Origin: Nitrosopumilus sp.
GTDB taxonomy: Archaea; Thermoproteota; Nitrososphaeria; Nitrososphaerales; Nitrosopumilaceae
DNA length: 64,000 bases
Direction of reading: 5' to 3'
NCBI GenBank assembly: GCA_965218695.1
Contig: OZ244651.1
Coordinates: forward strand, 928,001 to 992,000
Within the stretch, counting starts at the first letter, position 1, and the number at the start of each line of letters is the position of its first letter. A program made the translations under genes and the position numbers. This document shows positions 33,744 to 43,481 of the stretch, in pieces. The notes beneath the pieces were generated by a model. That model was not told where the DNA came from and did no database searches. It was given only the letters and a program-made list of their open reading frames with translations.

Positions 33744-34602
33744 GTTTTGCTAATATTAAATTACCAAAGTCGCTATCAAAAACAAACACGGTTGCCATAA
33801 TCGCACCTATGCCTGCATCGATACCACTGGAATTGCCCACTTGAATAAGATCCATCAAAGGAAGTTTTGTTTCGTTCTCTCCTGACAATAGAAAACTAAC
33901 AAATACTTCGAGGGGCTCAATTACGATGCCATTCTGAGAGTAATCAATGAATTTTTTGCTAGCCCAGTTAGTGTTTCCCATGATAACAAATTTGGTGAGC
34001 TTGTGATTTGAGAATAAAAGAATTCTATTCAAGCAAAATAAGAAACCAACTATAAAATCGTCCCCTGAAGGAGTGAACCCGTTTCCCAAACCAACAATAC
34101 TTGAAAGCTGGTTTGACAGTTTTGCCAAATCATGTTTTTGTGTAGATTCTGATATTGACTTGATTGAATTTGCCAATTTATTGAAAAATGGTGAGCGACT
34201 ATCCAGAATGCTTCCTAAAGTGTCAAAAAGACGGAGTTCATCAACAGAAAGCAAAACTCTACTCTGCAAACCAGCTTTTATTTCATGATCTTTTGTTGTC
34301 AGATAAATTTTCGAGTTTTTGGTATTAAATCCGATAGTTCCCAACTTTAACCCGTTTGGTGTTCTGATGGCTTTTTTGTTGATACAATCTAATTTCAAAA
34401 AATTAACGGGTGAATTAAGATTCAGATTAATTGGAGCTTTTACATCCTTGGAAGTTAAACAGATTAAATCGTCATCTATCGTTTTCAAATAAACTGTATT
34501 TTCAAATACTTTTACAGTTTCGCCAATTGTTTCACCCTTAGAATACGATTCTATAAAATTTAATGCTGATTTTCCAACAGTGTTAATTTCAAAATCCAAC
34601 AC
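33727..34602 (-). CDS. ylbF: DUF2877 protein (YlbF/AllH/YahE family)
   Basis: GLGNGFTPSGDDFIVG and GNSSGID motifs; GGTGA upstream of the start. Confidence 0.85.
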   Translation of the reverse strand: MLDFEINTVGKSALNFIESYSKGETIGETVKVFENTVYLKTIDDDLICLTSKDVKAPINLNLNSPVNFLKLDCINKKAIRTPNGLKLGTIGFNTKNSKIYLTTKDHEIKAGLQSRVLLSVDELRLFDTLGSILDSRSPFFNKLANSIKSISESTQKHDLAKLSNQLSSIVGLGNGFTPSGDDFIVGFLFCLNRILLFSNHKLTKFVIMGNTNWASKKFIDYSQNGIVIEPLEVFVSFLLSGENETKLPLMDLIQVGNSSGIDAGIGAIMATVFVFDSDFGNLILAKLNLLK

Positions 34603-34625
34603 AGTGGTTCACCAGTAAACTATTT

Positions 34626-36151
34626 GTAAGTGTTCACGTCGTGCCTAATTCAGTTCACTCTTGGGTAAATTTTGTGCAAACCACAGATCCAAATAGGATG
34701 GTAATCCAAACCCGATGTGAAAAGCCAGGCTGAACTCAAAAAGATGTACACGGATCTCAAGACTGAGAACATCAAGCTCAAGCAGACGATTGAGATGCAA
34801 GGGCAGATAATTGAGGAATTGAATCTGGCAGTTGCTGATCTTAAGCGCAGGCTGGTGCGGCATGACAATTACAACACCCCGTCATCACAAAAAAGGGGGC
34901 CCGGATGGCCTGACACAAAGGGAAAAGGCGACGAAAAGAATGCCTACAATAAATCCACAAAAGCCTCCCGGGATCAAAAGGACCGCGTGGATGCGGCCGG
35001 CAGCGGGAAGTCGCGCGGGGGGCAAAAAGGCCACATGGGCCGCACCCGCAAGCCAAAACCCACCGAGTTTGAGGAACACACCCCGGAGGCCTGCCCCGAA
35101 TGCGGCTCGGGTAGCCTTTCCATAGTGCAGTCAGAAAAACGCGACATTACCAGGGTGGAGCGCACGATAAAGGTCATCACCACGCGCCACACCATAAACA
35201 CGTGTCGCTGCTCCTGCGGTCTGGTGGACATCAAGCCCGAGACCGGCCTTCCAGACAAGGGCAGCTACGATCCGAGCATAACGACTGATGTTGCAGACGA
35301 TTACGTGTGTCGCATGCCGTTTAGGATGATCGCAGACCGCATGTCGCGGTACGGAATTACACTCTCCTCGGGCACGGCGCACAACATAATGCGCAGGCTG
35401 GGAACGTCGCTGGGCGCCCCTGCGGCAGCCATTGCCGCCATGATACGCAAGGCCAAGATACTGCACGCCGACGAGACATCGATTCACCTAAACGGCCGCA
35501 ACGTCTGGGTGTGGATACTGCACGATCCGCTGACCGGGCACGCGCTGTACGTGATACGGGACAGCCGGGGGGCAAAGGTTCTGAAAGAAGCGCTTGGGGG
35601 TTGGGACGGCACGTTAGTGTGCGACGGCTGGACGGCGTACGGAAAATACCGCGTCCAGCGCTGCTGGTCGCACATAATACGCGAGGCCAGGGACATCTGC
35701 AACCGCAATCCGGACTGCCCAGGCGCGCGCAACGTCCTGAAGCACCTGCGCATAATCTATGATTATGCCAGAAGGGCAAGCAGGAAACGCTCGCGCTCTC
35801 TCCGGGACAACGCGTCTGCCATGCTGACGTCATGCATCGAAAAGATCGTTGCAAGGTACGCCGACGATCCAATATTGGAAAAATTCATGGTCAAGATCAG
35901 CAATGCTGGCAGCGACCTGTTCCGGTTCGTGCTGAACCCAAAGATCCCGCCTACAAACAATGCTGCAGAACGCGGGTTGCGCGAGATAGTCGTGCACAGA
36001 AAAATACGGGGCAGCATAAGGGCAGAGGAGACGATGACGTGGATGGCGAATTTCTTTTCATGTGTAATGACATGGAAAAACAAGAAATTGGATTACTTGG
36101 CGGAGATTGCAAAATACGCCTAAAAATGAGTTAAACCACGTGAACACTTAC
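34626..36151 (+). mobile_element. IS66-family element, copy 4 (transposase 34717..36123)
   Basis: 1526 bp; TSD AACTATTT at 34618-25 and 36152-59. Confidence 0.95.
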
Positions 36152-36153
36152 AA

Positions 36154-36552
36154 CTATTTTTTTATGCTCGCCATGTAGGCACGCCAACTACCATACTCGG
36201 AAATATCTTTGTGGCTTGATTCGGCTATATCTCTCGGGAATAGTACGCCCTTGACTACGCGGCCATTGTTCAATCTAACATCTCCAAAATATAGATCAGG
36301 CGGTTCTGTATTTTTTATTCGCTGAAAGATTTCATTGCTCATGTGGTACATTTCGCCGGCAACTGAAACGCCACCTTTCTCGACTTCAAACATGCCAGGA
36401 TGAACGTCGTCAATAGAATAAAGACGATAAATTGGAATGGTGTGAAATTCGCCAAGAAATTCTGCACCTTGCAAATTTTTGTGCAGCGACAATCCGCGCA
36501 TCAGTGTTCCATTGACAAATAATTCGTTTCTAGACTTTATTACCATCACCAC
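36154..36552 (-). CDS. GGCT-fold protein resembling the allophanate hydrolase C-terminal domain
   Basis: LFVNGTLMRGLSLH, YRLY, GE.Y, EPPDLYFGDVRL and DISEYGSWRAY motifs. Confidence 0.8.
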   Translation of the reverse strand: MVMVIKSRNELFVNGTLMRGLSLHKNLQGAEFLGEFHTIPIYRLYSIDDVHPGMFEVEKGGVSVAGEMYHMSNEIFQRIKNTEPPDLYFGDVRLNNGRVVKGVLFPRDIAESSHKDISEYGSWRAYMASIKK

Positions 36553-37414
36553 AAGCAGTTTTTATCGCATTAATGAACCTTGAGGAGTCTGACACCCAAC
36601 CAAACACACCGCCTTGCATCTTAATCTGCTTTATTGCAGCTTCATAATTGCCAATATTAGTAGCAGCCGTACAATCTTTGAGGAGTATACACCAATATCC
36701 TATATCATTTGCCTCTCTCATTATTGCATGAACACAAACATCTGTGGTAACCCCTGTCATAATTAAGTGAGTTATGCCCAAGTTTTTTAAAGTTATAGAC
36801 AAATTACTATGACCAAATGCCCCCTTTGCAGATTTGTCTATTACAAATTCATTTTCAGCTGGGGCCAATTCATTTACAATGTCCCAGTTCTTTTGCCCCC
36901 TTACAAGAAGTTGTCCTTCTCCTCCTTCAGGCCTGTCCCCGATTCCAACACCCTGTCCTATTATCTTACTTCGTAGCAGTTTGTTGTATGGAAGATCAGC
37001 AAGATTTGGCATATGGCCCTCCCGTGTATGTACTACTTTGATATCAGTTCCTTTTCGTATCGTATTAAGTACATGCTTAATTGGTTTGATGGGAGTGGCA
37101 GTTAAAGAAAGATCATAGCCCATTATGTCTACATATCCTCCCTTAGCGCAAAAATCTACCTGCATATCTACAATCACAAATGCAGTTCTTGCAGAGTCAA
37201 GCTCTACATATGCTGTGTCACCAAAATTTGGGCAATCTTCAACTTCCATCTTTAGGAGTTTGCCTTTTATAGGTCCGTAAAGCCAGCTAGGAAACTTGAA
37301 GGTGCGAGTTTGTTGAAATGTTTCATAATCTTCCTGAACTCTAGCAAGTTTATCTTCTTTAGACAACTCAGAATCTTCTTTTACTTTGGTAGACTCCGAT
37401 AATAGATCCCTCAC
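36530..37414 (-). CDS. biuH: Biuret hydrolase-like cysteine hydrolase (isochorismatase family)
   Basis: DMQVDFCAKGGYVDIMGYDLSL, HTREGH..LADLP.NK, IDK..KG, TTDVCV and KMQGGVFG, as recalled for BiuH; extra N-terminal extension. Confidence 0.85.
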   Translation of the reverse strand: MRDLLSESTKVKEDSELSKEDKLARVQEDYETFQQTRTFKFPSWLYGPIKGKLLKMEVEDCPNFGDTAYVELDSARTAFVIVDMQVDFCAKGGYVDIMGYDLSLTATPIKPIKHVLNTIRKGTDIKVVHTREGHMPNLADLPYNKLLRSKIIGQGVGIGDRPEGGEGQLLVRGQKNWDIVNELAPAENEFVIDKSAKGAFGHSNLSITLKNLGITHLIMTGVTTDVCVHAIMREANDIGYWCILLKDCTAATNIGNYEAAIKQIKMQGGVFGWVSDSSRFINAIKTACGDGNKV

Positions 37415-37644
37415 TTAACCTTCACCTGCAATTTAGTATAATATCTACTCTTCCAAACTATTTTTATTTTCATATTCATCCCGATTTGCTTGATATTAGT
37501 TTCAAAAACATGTTCTAAGGGGGATGGTCTTAATGAACTATTTATTAACTGATGCACTAGTACCGCCTTTTGCAATTCCAACAGCTAGATATACTCCACA
37601 CCCACCTATCAAGCCACCGAAAATAGGAAACAGATTTGGTATAT

Positions 37645-37662
37645 AAGTATTCTTGGAACGTG
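37645..37662 (+). repeat. 18-bp direct repeat at right island boundary
   Basis: Identical to 5347..5364. Confidence 0.8.
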
Positions 37663-37753
37663 GGGGTTGTCACATAAATCATGTTGAGCGTATGATCGTG
37701 GCGTCATTGACTCATACCGGCTAAGGATCACAAAGTGTGCCCCCCCCCCTTCA

Positions 37754-38130
37754 ATGAATCACAAGAGAAGGGCTAACTACTGGAATAGTTATCACAGGGC
37801 ACACACTACTGAGCGCAACTTTCGGATAAAAACTATCGTGTCTCTGGTCGGGAGGAACCCGCCGCCGGCAAAACAGGGCAGTGGTAAACGCGGGAGACCC
37901 CGAATACACTCGGCAGAGAAGATGGCCTGCGTATGTGTCATCATGATCTTCGAGGGCCTCACGTCCAGGAACGCGCAAAACTGCGTGTACCGGATGGTAC
38001 CTTCCGTGGCACGAGCCGGTTCCGGACCATTCAACGATAGCGCGATTCCTTGAGACGATTCCAATCTGGTGACTGGAACGAATCCTGAGGGAGGCTGCGC
38101 GTCAATGCATGGAGGCGGCAGGCACGACAG
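37754..38130 (+). pseudogene. IS5-like transposase N-terminal remnant
   Basis: WNSYHRA..KRGRPRIH..EGLTSRNAQ, then frameshifts. Confidence 0.5.
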
Positions 38131-38148
38131 ATTAGGACTTGACTGATT

Positions 38149-38348
38149 TACACGACATACGAGGTAAGCGGGAGCGGCCTGCGCGGCCGGGGGCTGAATG
38201 ACGAAAAAACGTCAAGATCGAGGCGCTCATGCACGAAGAGAGGCTGCACGCCGTCATAGAGGAGATTGCCCGGACGCTGTTTGCCAATTTTGCGCTGATC
38301 CTGCACGTGAGCGACGTCGGCGTGCTTCGCGCAGAAAAGTTTGCCTGA
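38149..38348 (+). pseudogene. sbtB: SbtB (PII-like SbtA partner), 3' fragment, frameshifted
   Basis: Manual translation YTTYEVSGSGLRGRGLNDEK/(N)VKIEALMHEERLHAVIEEIARTLFANFALILHVSDVGVLRAEKFA*; one A missing in the run near 38204-38209. Confidence 0.8.
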
Positions 38349-38521
38349 CCTGGAATTTCAAAACCCTTAACATGCCTGCGTGCTGCTGCTGATTGATGCA
38401 ACGCCTTTTGGAAGTGAGTGTGAGGCCGCGGTCTTCAAATTTTTGCATCCGTCTTGCATGCCGGGTGCAACCCGGAACTGTCATCCGGACAGATACGATC
38501 TGGCCAAATTGCGTGTCTTGG

Positions 38522-38743
38522 CTATAACCTTGCAGGAATCACTATCTCTTGAAGGGCGTTAACTGATGGTGCACCGCCCTCTAGCGCTTCTGGCAGGACG
38601 GCAATGCCGTGCTCCTCGACTACCTCAGTCCCCTGCGAGGCATGATACCCGATATAGCCTGCAGTGGCCACGATGGCTACTATGACAAGACCCATTAGAA
38701 TGTCCAACTTGCCTTGAACTCGAATGATACTCACTATAAGCAT
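38522..38743 (-). CDS. Small single-TM hypothetical protein
   Basis: Hydrophobic ILMGLVIVAIVATAGYIGY segment; start uncertain. Confidence 0.55.
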   Translation of the reverse strand: MLIVSIIRVQGKLDILMGLVIVAIVATAGYIGYHASQGTEVVEEHGIAVLPEALEGGAPSVNALQEIVIPARL

Positions 38744-38895
38744 TATGGGGGAAAGTCTGTCTCATGGTGAAGAATTCAGTCGATGCTGGTCAGTGGACAT
38801 ACAGCGAGATCACGATGGCTAACAGCCGTAGGCAGATCTCGATAAGTCAAGAGCCTAAAAATTAATTACACCGTTAGATGGTGGGTATGTAAATT

Positions 38896-40203
38896 ATGAT
38901 CGATACCGAACTAGGGGAGTTACGCAGGACACATTATTCTGACGACCTGTCAGGCACCGACGACGGCCGCACGGTTACCGTCATGGGATGGATCCTGACG
39001 GTGCGGGGACATGGAAACATCAGTTTTGCCACCATACGCGACAAGAACGGCGATCTCTCGATAGTGGCAAAGAAGGGGGAATGCCCTGACGAGATCCGTG
39101 AGAAGATGTCGTCCCTCAGGGCGCACTCCTCTGTGGCAGTCACCGGCAGGATAAAGGCATCAGAGAAGGCCCCGAGCGGATTTGAGATAGTTCCGTCCGG
39201 TCTGAGGGTATTCTCAGAGGTGCAAAAGACCCCTCCGTTTGATCCGCTGGCGCGAACCGTAAAGAACATCGAGACCCGGCTGGAAGTCAGACCAATTGAT
39301 CTCAGGCGCATGCCACTCCAGCACATATTCCGTGTCCGAAGCAGCATACTTGCGTCCATCCGGGAATATCTGACCGGGGAGTCATTCACCGAGATCAACA
39401 CGCCAAAGATGATTGCCAGTGCCACGGAGGGCGGATCCGCGCTGTTTCCGATATTCTACTATGACAAGGAGGCGTTTCTGGCCCAGAGTCCGCAGCTGTA
39501 CAAGGAACAGCTTACCATGAGCTTTGAGAAGGTCTTTGAGATTGGTCCAATATTCAGGGCCGAGTCCTCAAGGACCAACAGACATCTTGCAGAGGCCATA
39601 TCCGTGGATCTGGAGGAGGCGTTTGTAGACTACAACGACGTCATGGACAGGATTGAAAGGATAATCAAGGCCTCCGTCGACACGGCTGCCTCCCACGCAG
39701 CAGAGAACCCGGACACGGGGTTTGCAGTCCCGGAGGTTCCGGAGGGCATTCCAAGATACACCTATGCCAAACTGCTGGAGATGATGCAGCAGGCAGGGGT
39801 GAAGACCCAGTGGGGCGATGACCTGTATCCGTCAGGCCTGGCCAAGATAGGCCTGGATGGATTCTACTTTATCACTGACTGGCCGCTTGGGCCCAAGCCG
39901 TTTTATGTCAAGGCAGGCAGAACCCCCGATACCTCCGAGTCCTTTGATCTGATGTTTGGCAGCCTGGAACTGTCGTCTGGCAGCACAAGGATCGAGAAGC
40001 GCGACGAGCTTGTGGAGAGGATGAAGAACAAGGGCATGGATCCGGACTCCTTTGAGTACCATCTTGCGGCATTTGACTATGGCGTCCCCCCGCATGCCGG
40101 ATGCGGAATCGGCCTTGAGAGGTTGATGATGGCAGTTACGGGCACGGAGAACATACGGGACACGACATTCTATCCGCGTGATGTGGACCGGCTGATGCCG
40201 TAG
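38896..40203 (+). CDS. aspS: Non-discriminating aspartyl-tRNA synthetase
   Basis: LAQSPQLYK, FRAE and PPHAGCGIGLER motifs; precedes gatCAB. Confidence 0.96.
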   Translation: MIDTELGELRRTHYSDDLSGTDDGRTVTVMGWILTVRGHGNISFATIRDKNGDLSIVAKKGECPDEIREKMSSLRAHSSVAVTGRIKASEKAPSGFEIVPSGLRVFSEVQKTPPFDPLARTVKNIETRLEVRPIDLRRMPLQHIFRVRSSILASIREYLTGESFTEINTPKMIASATEGGSALFPIFYYDKEAFLAQSPQLYKEQLTMSFEKVFEIGPIFRAESSRTNRHLAEAISVDLEEAFVDYNDVMDRIERIIKASVDTAASHAAENPDTGFAVPEVPEGIPRYTYAKLLEMMQQAGVKTQWGDDLYPSGLAKIGLDGFYFITDWPLGPKPFYVKAGRTPDTSESFDLMFGSLELSSGSTRIEKRDELVERMKNKGMDPDSFEYHLAAFDYGVPPHAGCGIGLERLMMAVTGTENIRDTTFYPRDVDRLMP

Positions 40204-40217
40204 GCGATGGGCGGGAC

Positions 40218-40484
40218 ATGGTTACACACGAGGAGATAAGGCTTGTTGCAGGGATGATGAAGATTGACATACAAGAGTATGACAAGTATGTGGACAAGGT
40301 CGAGTCGATGATAGGCTATTTTGACATACTGGACTCTGCAGGAGTAGGGGATGAGGAGATTACGGTGCGCGAGATTCCCGCCTTCGGCCTGCGCCAAGAC
40401 ACCCATGTCGCATCCGATCAGAGGCTGATTGACAGACTCAACAACTACAAGGGGGCCTACGTCAGGGCGCCAAAGATGTCCTGA
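40218..40484 (+). CDS. gatC: Asp-tRNA(Asn) amidotransferase subunit C
   Basis: 88 aa with LRQD and YVRAPK; immediately upstream of gatA. Confidence 0.88.
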   Translation: MVTHEEIRLVAGMMKIDIQEYDKYVDKVESMIGYFDILDSAGVGDEEITVREIPAFGLRQDTHVASDQRLIDRLNNYKGAYVRAPKMS

Positions 40485-41935
40485 TGAACCTGAGGATATC
40501 GGCCCTTGACTACGCCAGGGGCGTGCAAAACGGGGACATATCTGCAGAGGACTTTGCAGCAGCTACCCTTGAGAGGATATCTGACATTGACGGTACCCTG
40601 CACGCGTTCCTCTCGATTAATGACGATGCAGTCAAGAGGGCAAGGGACGTAGACCGCAGGGTGGCCGCAGGAGAGAAGGTAGGGGCATGCTGCGGGATGC
40701 CCGTATCTGTCAAGGACAACATATGCGTCCGGGACGGCAAAACCACATGTGCGTCGAGGATGCTTGAGGACTTTGTGGCCCCGTATGATGCCACGGTGGT
40801 CTCACGCCTGAGGGCGGCAGATGCGGTGTTTGTAGGCAAGACAAACCTAGACGAGTTTGCCATGGGACTGACAACGGAGTTTAGCGCGTTTGGGGCAAGC
40901 AGGAATCCGTGGAATGCAGAATTTGTCCCCGGAGGCTCCTCCGGGGGAAGCGCAGCATCCGTTGGCGCCTTCGAGTGTGTCGCATCGCTGGGTTCTGACA
41001 CGGGCGGCTCGGTAAGAAACCCGGCAAGCTTCTGCTCGGTGGTGGGATACAAGCCCACATACGGACTGGTCAGCAGGTTCGGCCTGATATCCTACGCCAA
41101 CAGCGTAGAGCAGATAGGCCCGCTGGCAAGGACTGTAAGCGACGCGGCATTCATGCTGGATATAATATCGGGCTCCGATCCCAACGACGACACTACGGTA
41201 GATGATGGCGGCAAAAATGCAGGGTACCTGGAAGGAATAGAGGCAGGCATAGAGGGCAAAAGGATAGGGATAGTCCGGGAGATGACATCAGACGACACGG
41301 ATCCCGCAGTGCTGTCTGCAACAAGGGACGCCGTTGCAAAACTTGAGGGACTCGGAGCCGTATGCGAGGAGGTCTCGCTGGACATGGTCAAGTATTCGGT
41401 TGCAGCCTACTACACCATAACCTCAGCCGAGGCCGGAAGCAACCTTGCCAGGTATGACAACCTGCGGTACGGCTATCCGTTTCCGACAGACGGCTACGAG
41501 TTCAACGCATATATCTCAAAGGCAAGGCAGAGGTTCGGCCCCGAGGTAATCCGCAGGCTGATCATCGGAGGGTTCGTCCCGTCTGCAGGGCACGCAGGAA
41601 GGTACTTTCTCAAGGCCCTCAAGGTCAAGAGCAGGCTGACCAAGGAGATCAACGAGGCGTTTCGGAGGCACGACCTGCTGATGGCGCCAACCGTCCCGAT
41701 ACTGCCGTTTAGGATCGGCGAGAAGATCGACGATCCTGTCTCCATGTTCTTGGTTGACATTAACACCGTGACTGCAAACCTCACAGGCAGGCCCGCCGTA
41801 TCCGTGCCGTTTGCAGTCTCGAACGGACTTCCCATAGGGATGCAGCTGATGGCAGATTCCATGCAGGACAGGATGCTGCTGCAGGCAGCACGTGCCCTGG
41901 AGCAGACAGTCAGCCTGCCGGAGGTGCCGATATGA
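40484..41935 (+). CDS. gatA: Amidotransferase subunit A
   Basis: KDN, GKTNLDEFAMG, GGSSGGSAA and GSDTGGSVR motifs. Confidence 0.97.
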   Translation: MNLRISALDYARGVQNGDISAEDFAAATLERISDIDGTLHAFLSINDDAVKRARDVDRRVAAGEKVGACCGMPVSVKDNICVRDGKTTCASRMLEDFVAPYDATVVSRLRAADAVFVGKTNLDEFAMGLTTEFSAFGASRNPWNAEFVPGGSSGGSAASVGAFECVASLGSDTGGSVRNPASFCSVVGYKPTYGLVSRFGLISYANSVEQIGPLARTVSDAAFMLDIISGSDPNDDTTVDDGGKNAGYLEGIEAGIEGKRIGIVREMTSDDTDPAVLSATRDAVAKLEGLGAVCEEVSLDMVKYSVAAYYTITSAEAGSNLARYDNLRYGYPFPTDGYEFNAYISKARQRFGPEVIRRLIIGGFVPSAGHAGRYFLKALKVKSRLTKEINEAFRRHDLLMAPTVPILPFRIGEKIDDPVSMFLVDINTVTANLTGRPAVSVPFAVSNGLPIGMQLMADSMQDRMLLQAARALEQTVSLPEVPI

Positions 41936-43347
41936 CCACCATGATAGGGCTGGAGATCCACTGCCAGCTGACAAGCCTGCAAAGCAAGCTGTTCTGTGCG
42001 TGCAGGGCAGACTATCGTGGACTGGGGATAAACGAGAACATATGCCTGGTCTGTGCCGGGATCCCCGGAAGCCTTCCCAGGCTCAACGGCCAGGCGGTCC
42101 GGCAGGCAACCATGATTGCAATGGCGCTGAACTGCCGGATGCCTGAGAGGATTGCATTTTTTAGAAAGAACTACTTTTACCCGGACCTGCCAAAGAACTT
42201 CCAGATAACACAGCTCAACATCTACGGGGATACCAGCATCGGGGGTGCGGGCCATGTCATGGTGGGGGACAAAAAAATCAGGATCACCCGGGTTCAGCTG
42301 GAGGAGGATCCCGGACGGCTAATCCACGAGGGGACATCCAAGAACAGAACCACCCTGGTAGACTACAACCGCGCAGGCACCCCGCTAGTCGAGATTGTCA
42401 CCGAGCCGGACTTTGAGAACCCCAGGCAGGTCAGGGGGTTCCTCAACATCCTGTCTGTGCTGCTTGAGAACCTCAAGGTCTCTGATCCCGGCCTCGAGGG
42501 GGCCATGAGGGCAGATGCCAACGTATCAGTCCAGGGGGGAAACAAGGTGGAGATAAAAAATATCGGCTCGTTTCACGATCTGGAGAAGGCAGTCCATTTT
42601 GAGATCACGCGGCAGGAGAGCCTGCACTCGCGGGGCATAAGAATCGTCCAGGAGACACGCCACTGGGACAGCCAGAGAAAGATTACAATCCCGTCCCGCT
42701 CCAAGGAGACCGAGTCGGACTACCGGTACATCTTGGAGGGGGACATTCCATGGGTAAGGATGGATAAGGGTATGCTGGAGGATCTGAGATCCAAGATGCC
42801 CGAAAGCGTCAGTTCCAGGCGGGAGCGGTACGTATCAAGGCATGGCATTGCAGGGCAGGTTGCAGACATCCTGTCGTCTGACCGGTATTACTCTGATCTC
42901 TTCGAGGAGGCGCATACGGACTCTAATGCAAAAGAGGTCGCAAACATGATTACCAGTGATCTGATGGGGCTGGCAGATACCCGGGAGAAGAGGGACGCCT
43001 CGCGGGTTACTGCATCACACCTGCAGGACCTGGCAGACTCTGTCCTGTCAGGGAGAATCTCGAGAAGCTCTGCAAAGAACGCGCTGTATGAGATTGTCCG
43101 GACCGGAAAGAGCCTGTCCGAGGTGATCCGGGATCTTGATCTGGAGGGAGTCTCTGACGAGTCGGCGCTAATCAAGGTTATATCCGAGGTGATATCCGAG
43201 GAGGCGGCAGCAGTAGAGCAGGCAGCCTCAAACCCCAAGACCATCCACTACCTGGTGGGAATGGTCATGAAAAAGACAAGGGGCAAGGCGGATCCGGACA
43301 AGACCTTGGAACTGCTCAGAAGAGAGATCAGGACCTCAGCCGGGTGA
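41932..43347 (+). CDS. gatB: Amidotransferase subunit B
   Basis: IGLEIH, RKNYFYPDLPK and DYNRAGTPLVEIVTEP motifs. Confidence 0.97.
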   Translation: MTTMIGLEIHCQLTSLQSKLFCACRADYRGLGINENICLVCAGIPGSLPRLNGQAVRQATMIAMALNCRMPERIAFFRKNYFYPDLPKNFQITQLNIYGDTSIGGAGHVMVGDKKIRITRVQLEEDPGRLIHEGTSKNRTTLVDYNRAGTPLVEIVTEPDFENPRQVRGFLNILSVLLENLKVSDPGLEGAMRADANVSVQGGNKVEIKNIGSFHDLEKAVHFEITRQESLHSRGIRIVQETRHWDSQRKITIPSRSKETESDYRYILEGDIPWVRMDKGMLEDLRSKMPESVSSRRERYVSRHGIAGQVADILSSDRYYSDLFEEAHTDSNAKEVANMITSDLMGLADTREKRDASRVTASHLQDLADSVLSGRISRSSAKNALYEIVRTGKSLSEVIRDLDLEGVSDESALIKVISEVISEEAAAVEQAASNPKTIHYLVGMVMKKTRGKADPDKTLELLRREIRTSAG

Positions 43348-43481
43348 TTCCCGGCATGCTGCCGCCCTTGGGCAGTGCCCCAGCCAACACGCTTCAGGAG
43401 GAGTCATGCTCAGCCGGAATGAACTGTGCCTCCAGAGAGAGAGGGCCCGAAAGGTCTTTTTAGATTGCACCCCCGGTTGGA

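Noticed and set aside
37690-37717. GTATGA..TCATAC mini-palindrome resembling the MITE ends
   Set aside because: Only 28 bp with no TSD; could be a collapsed relic or chance
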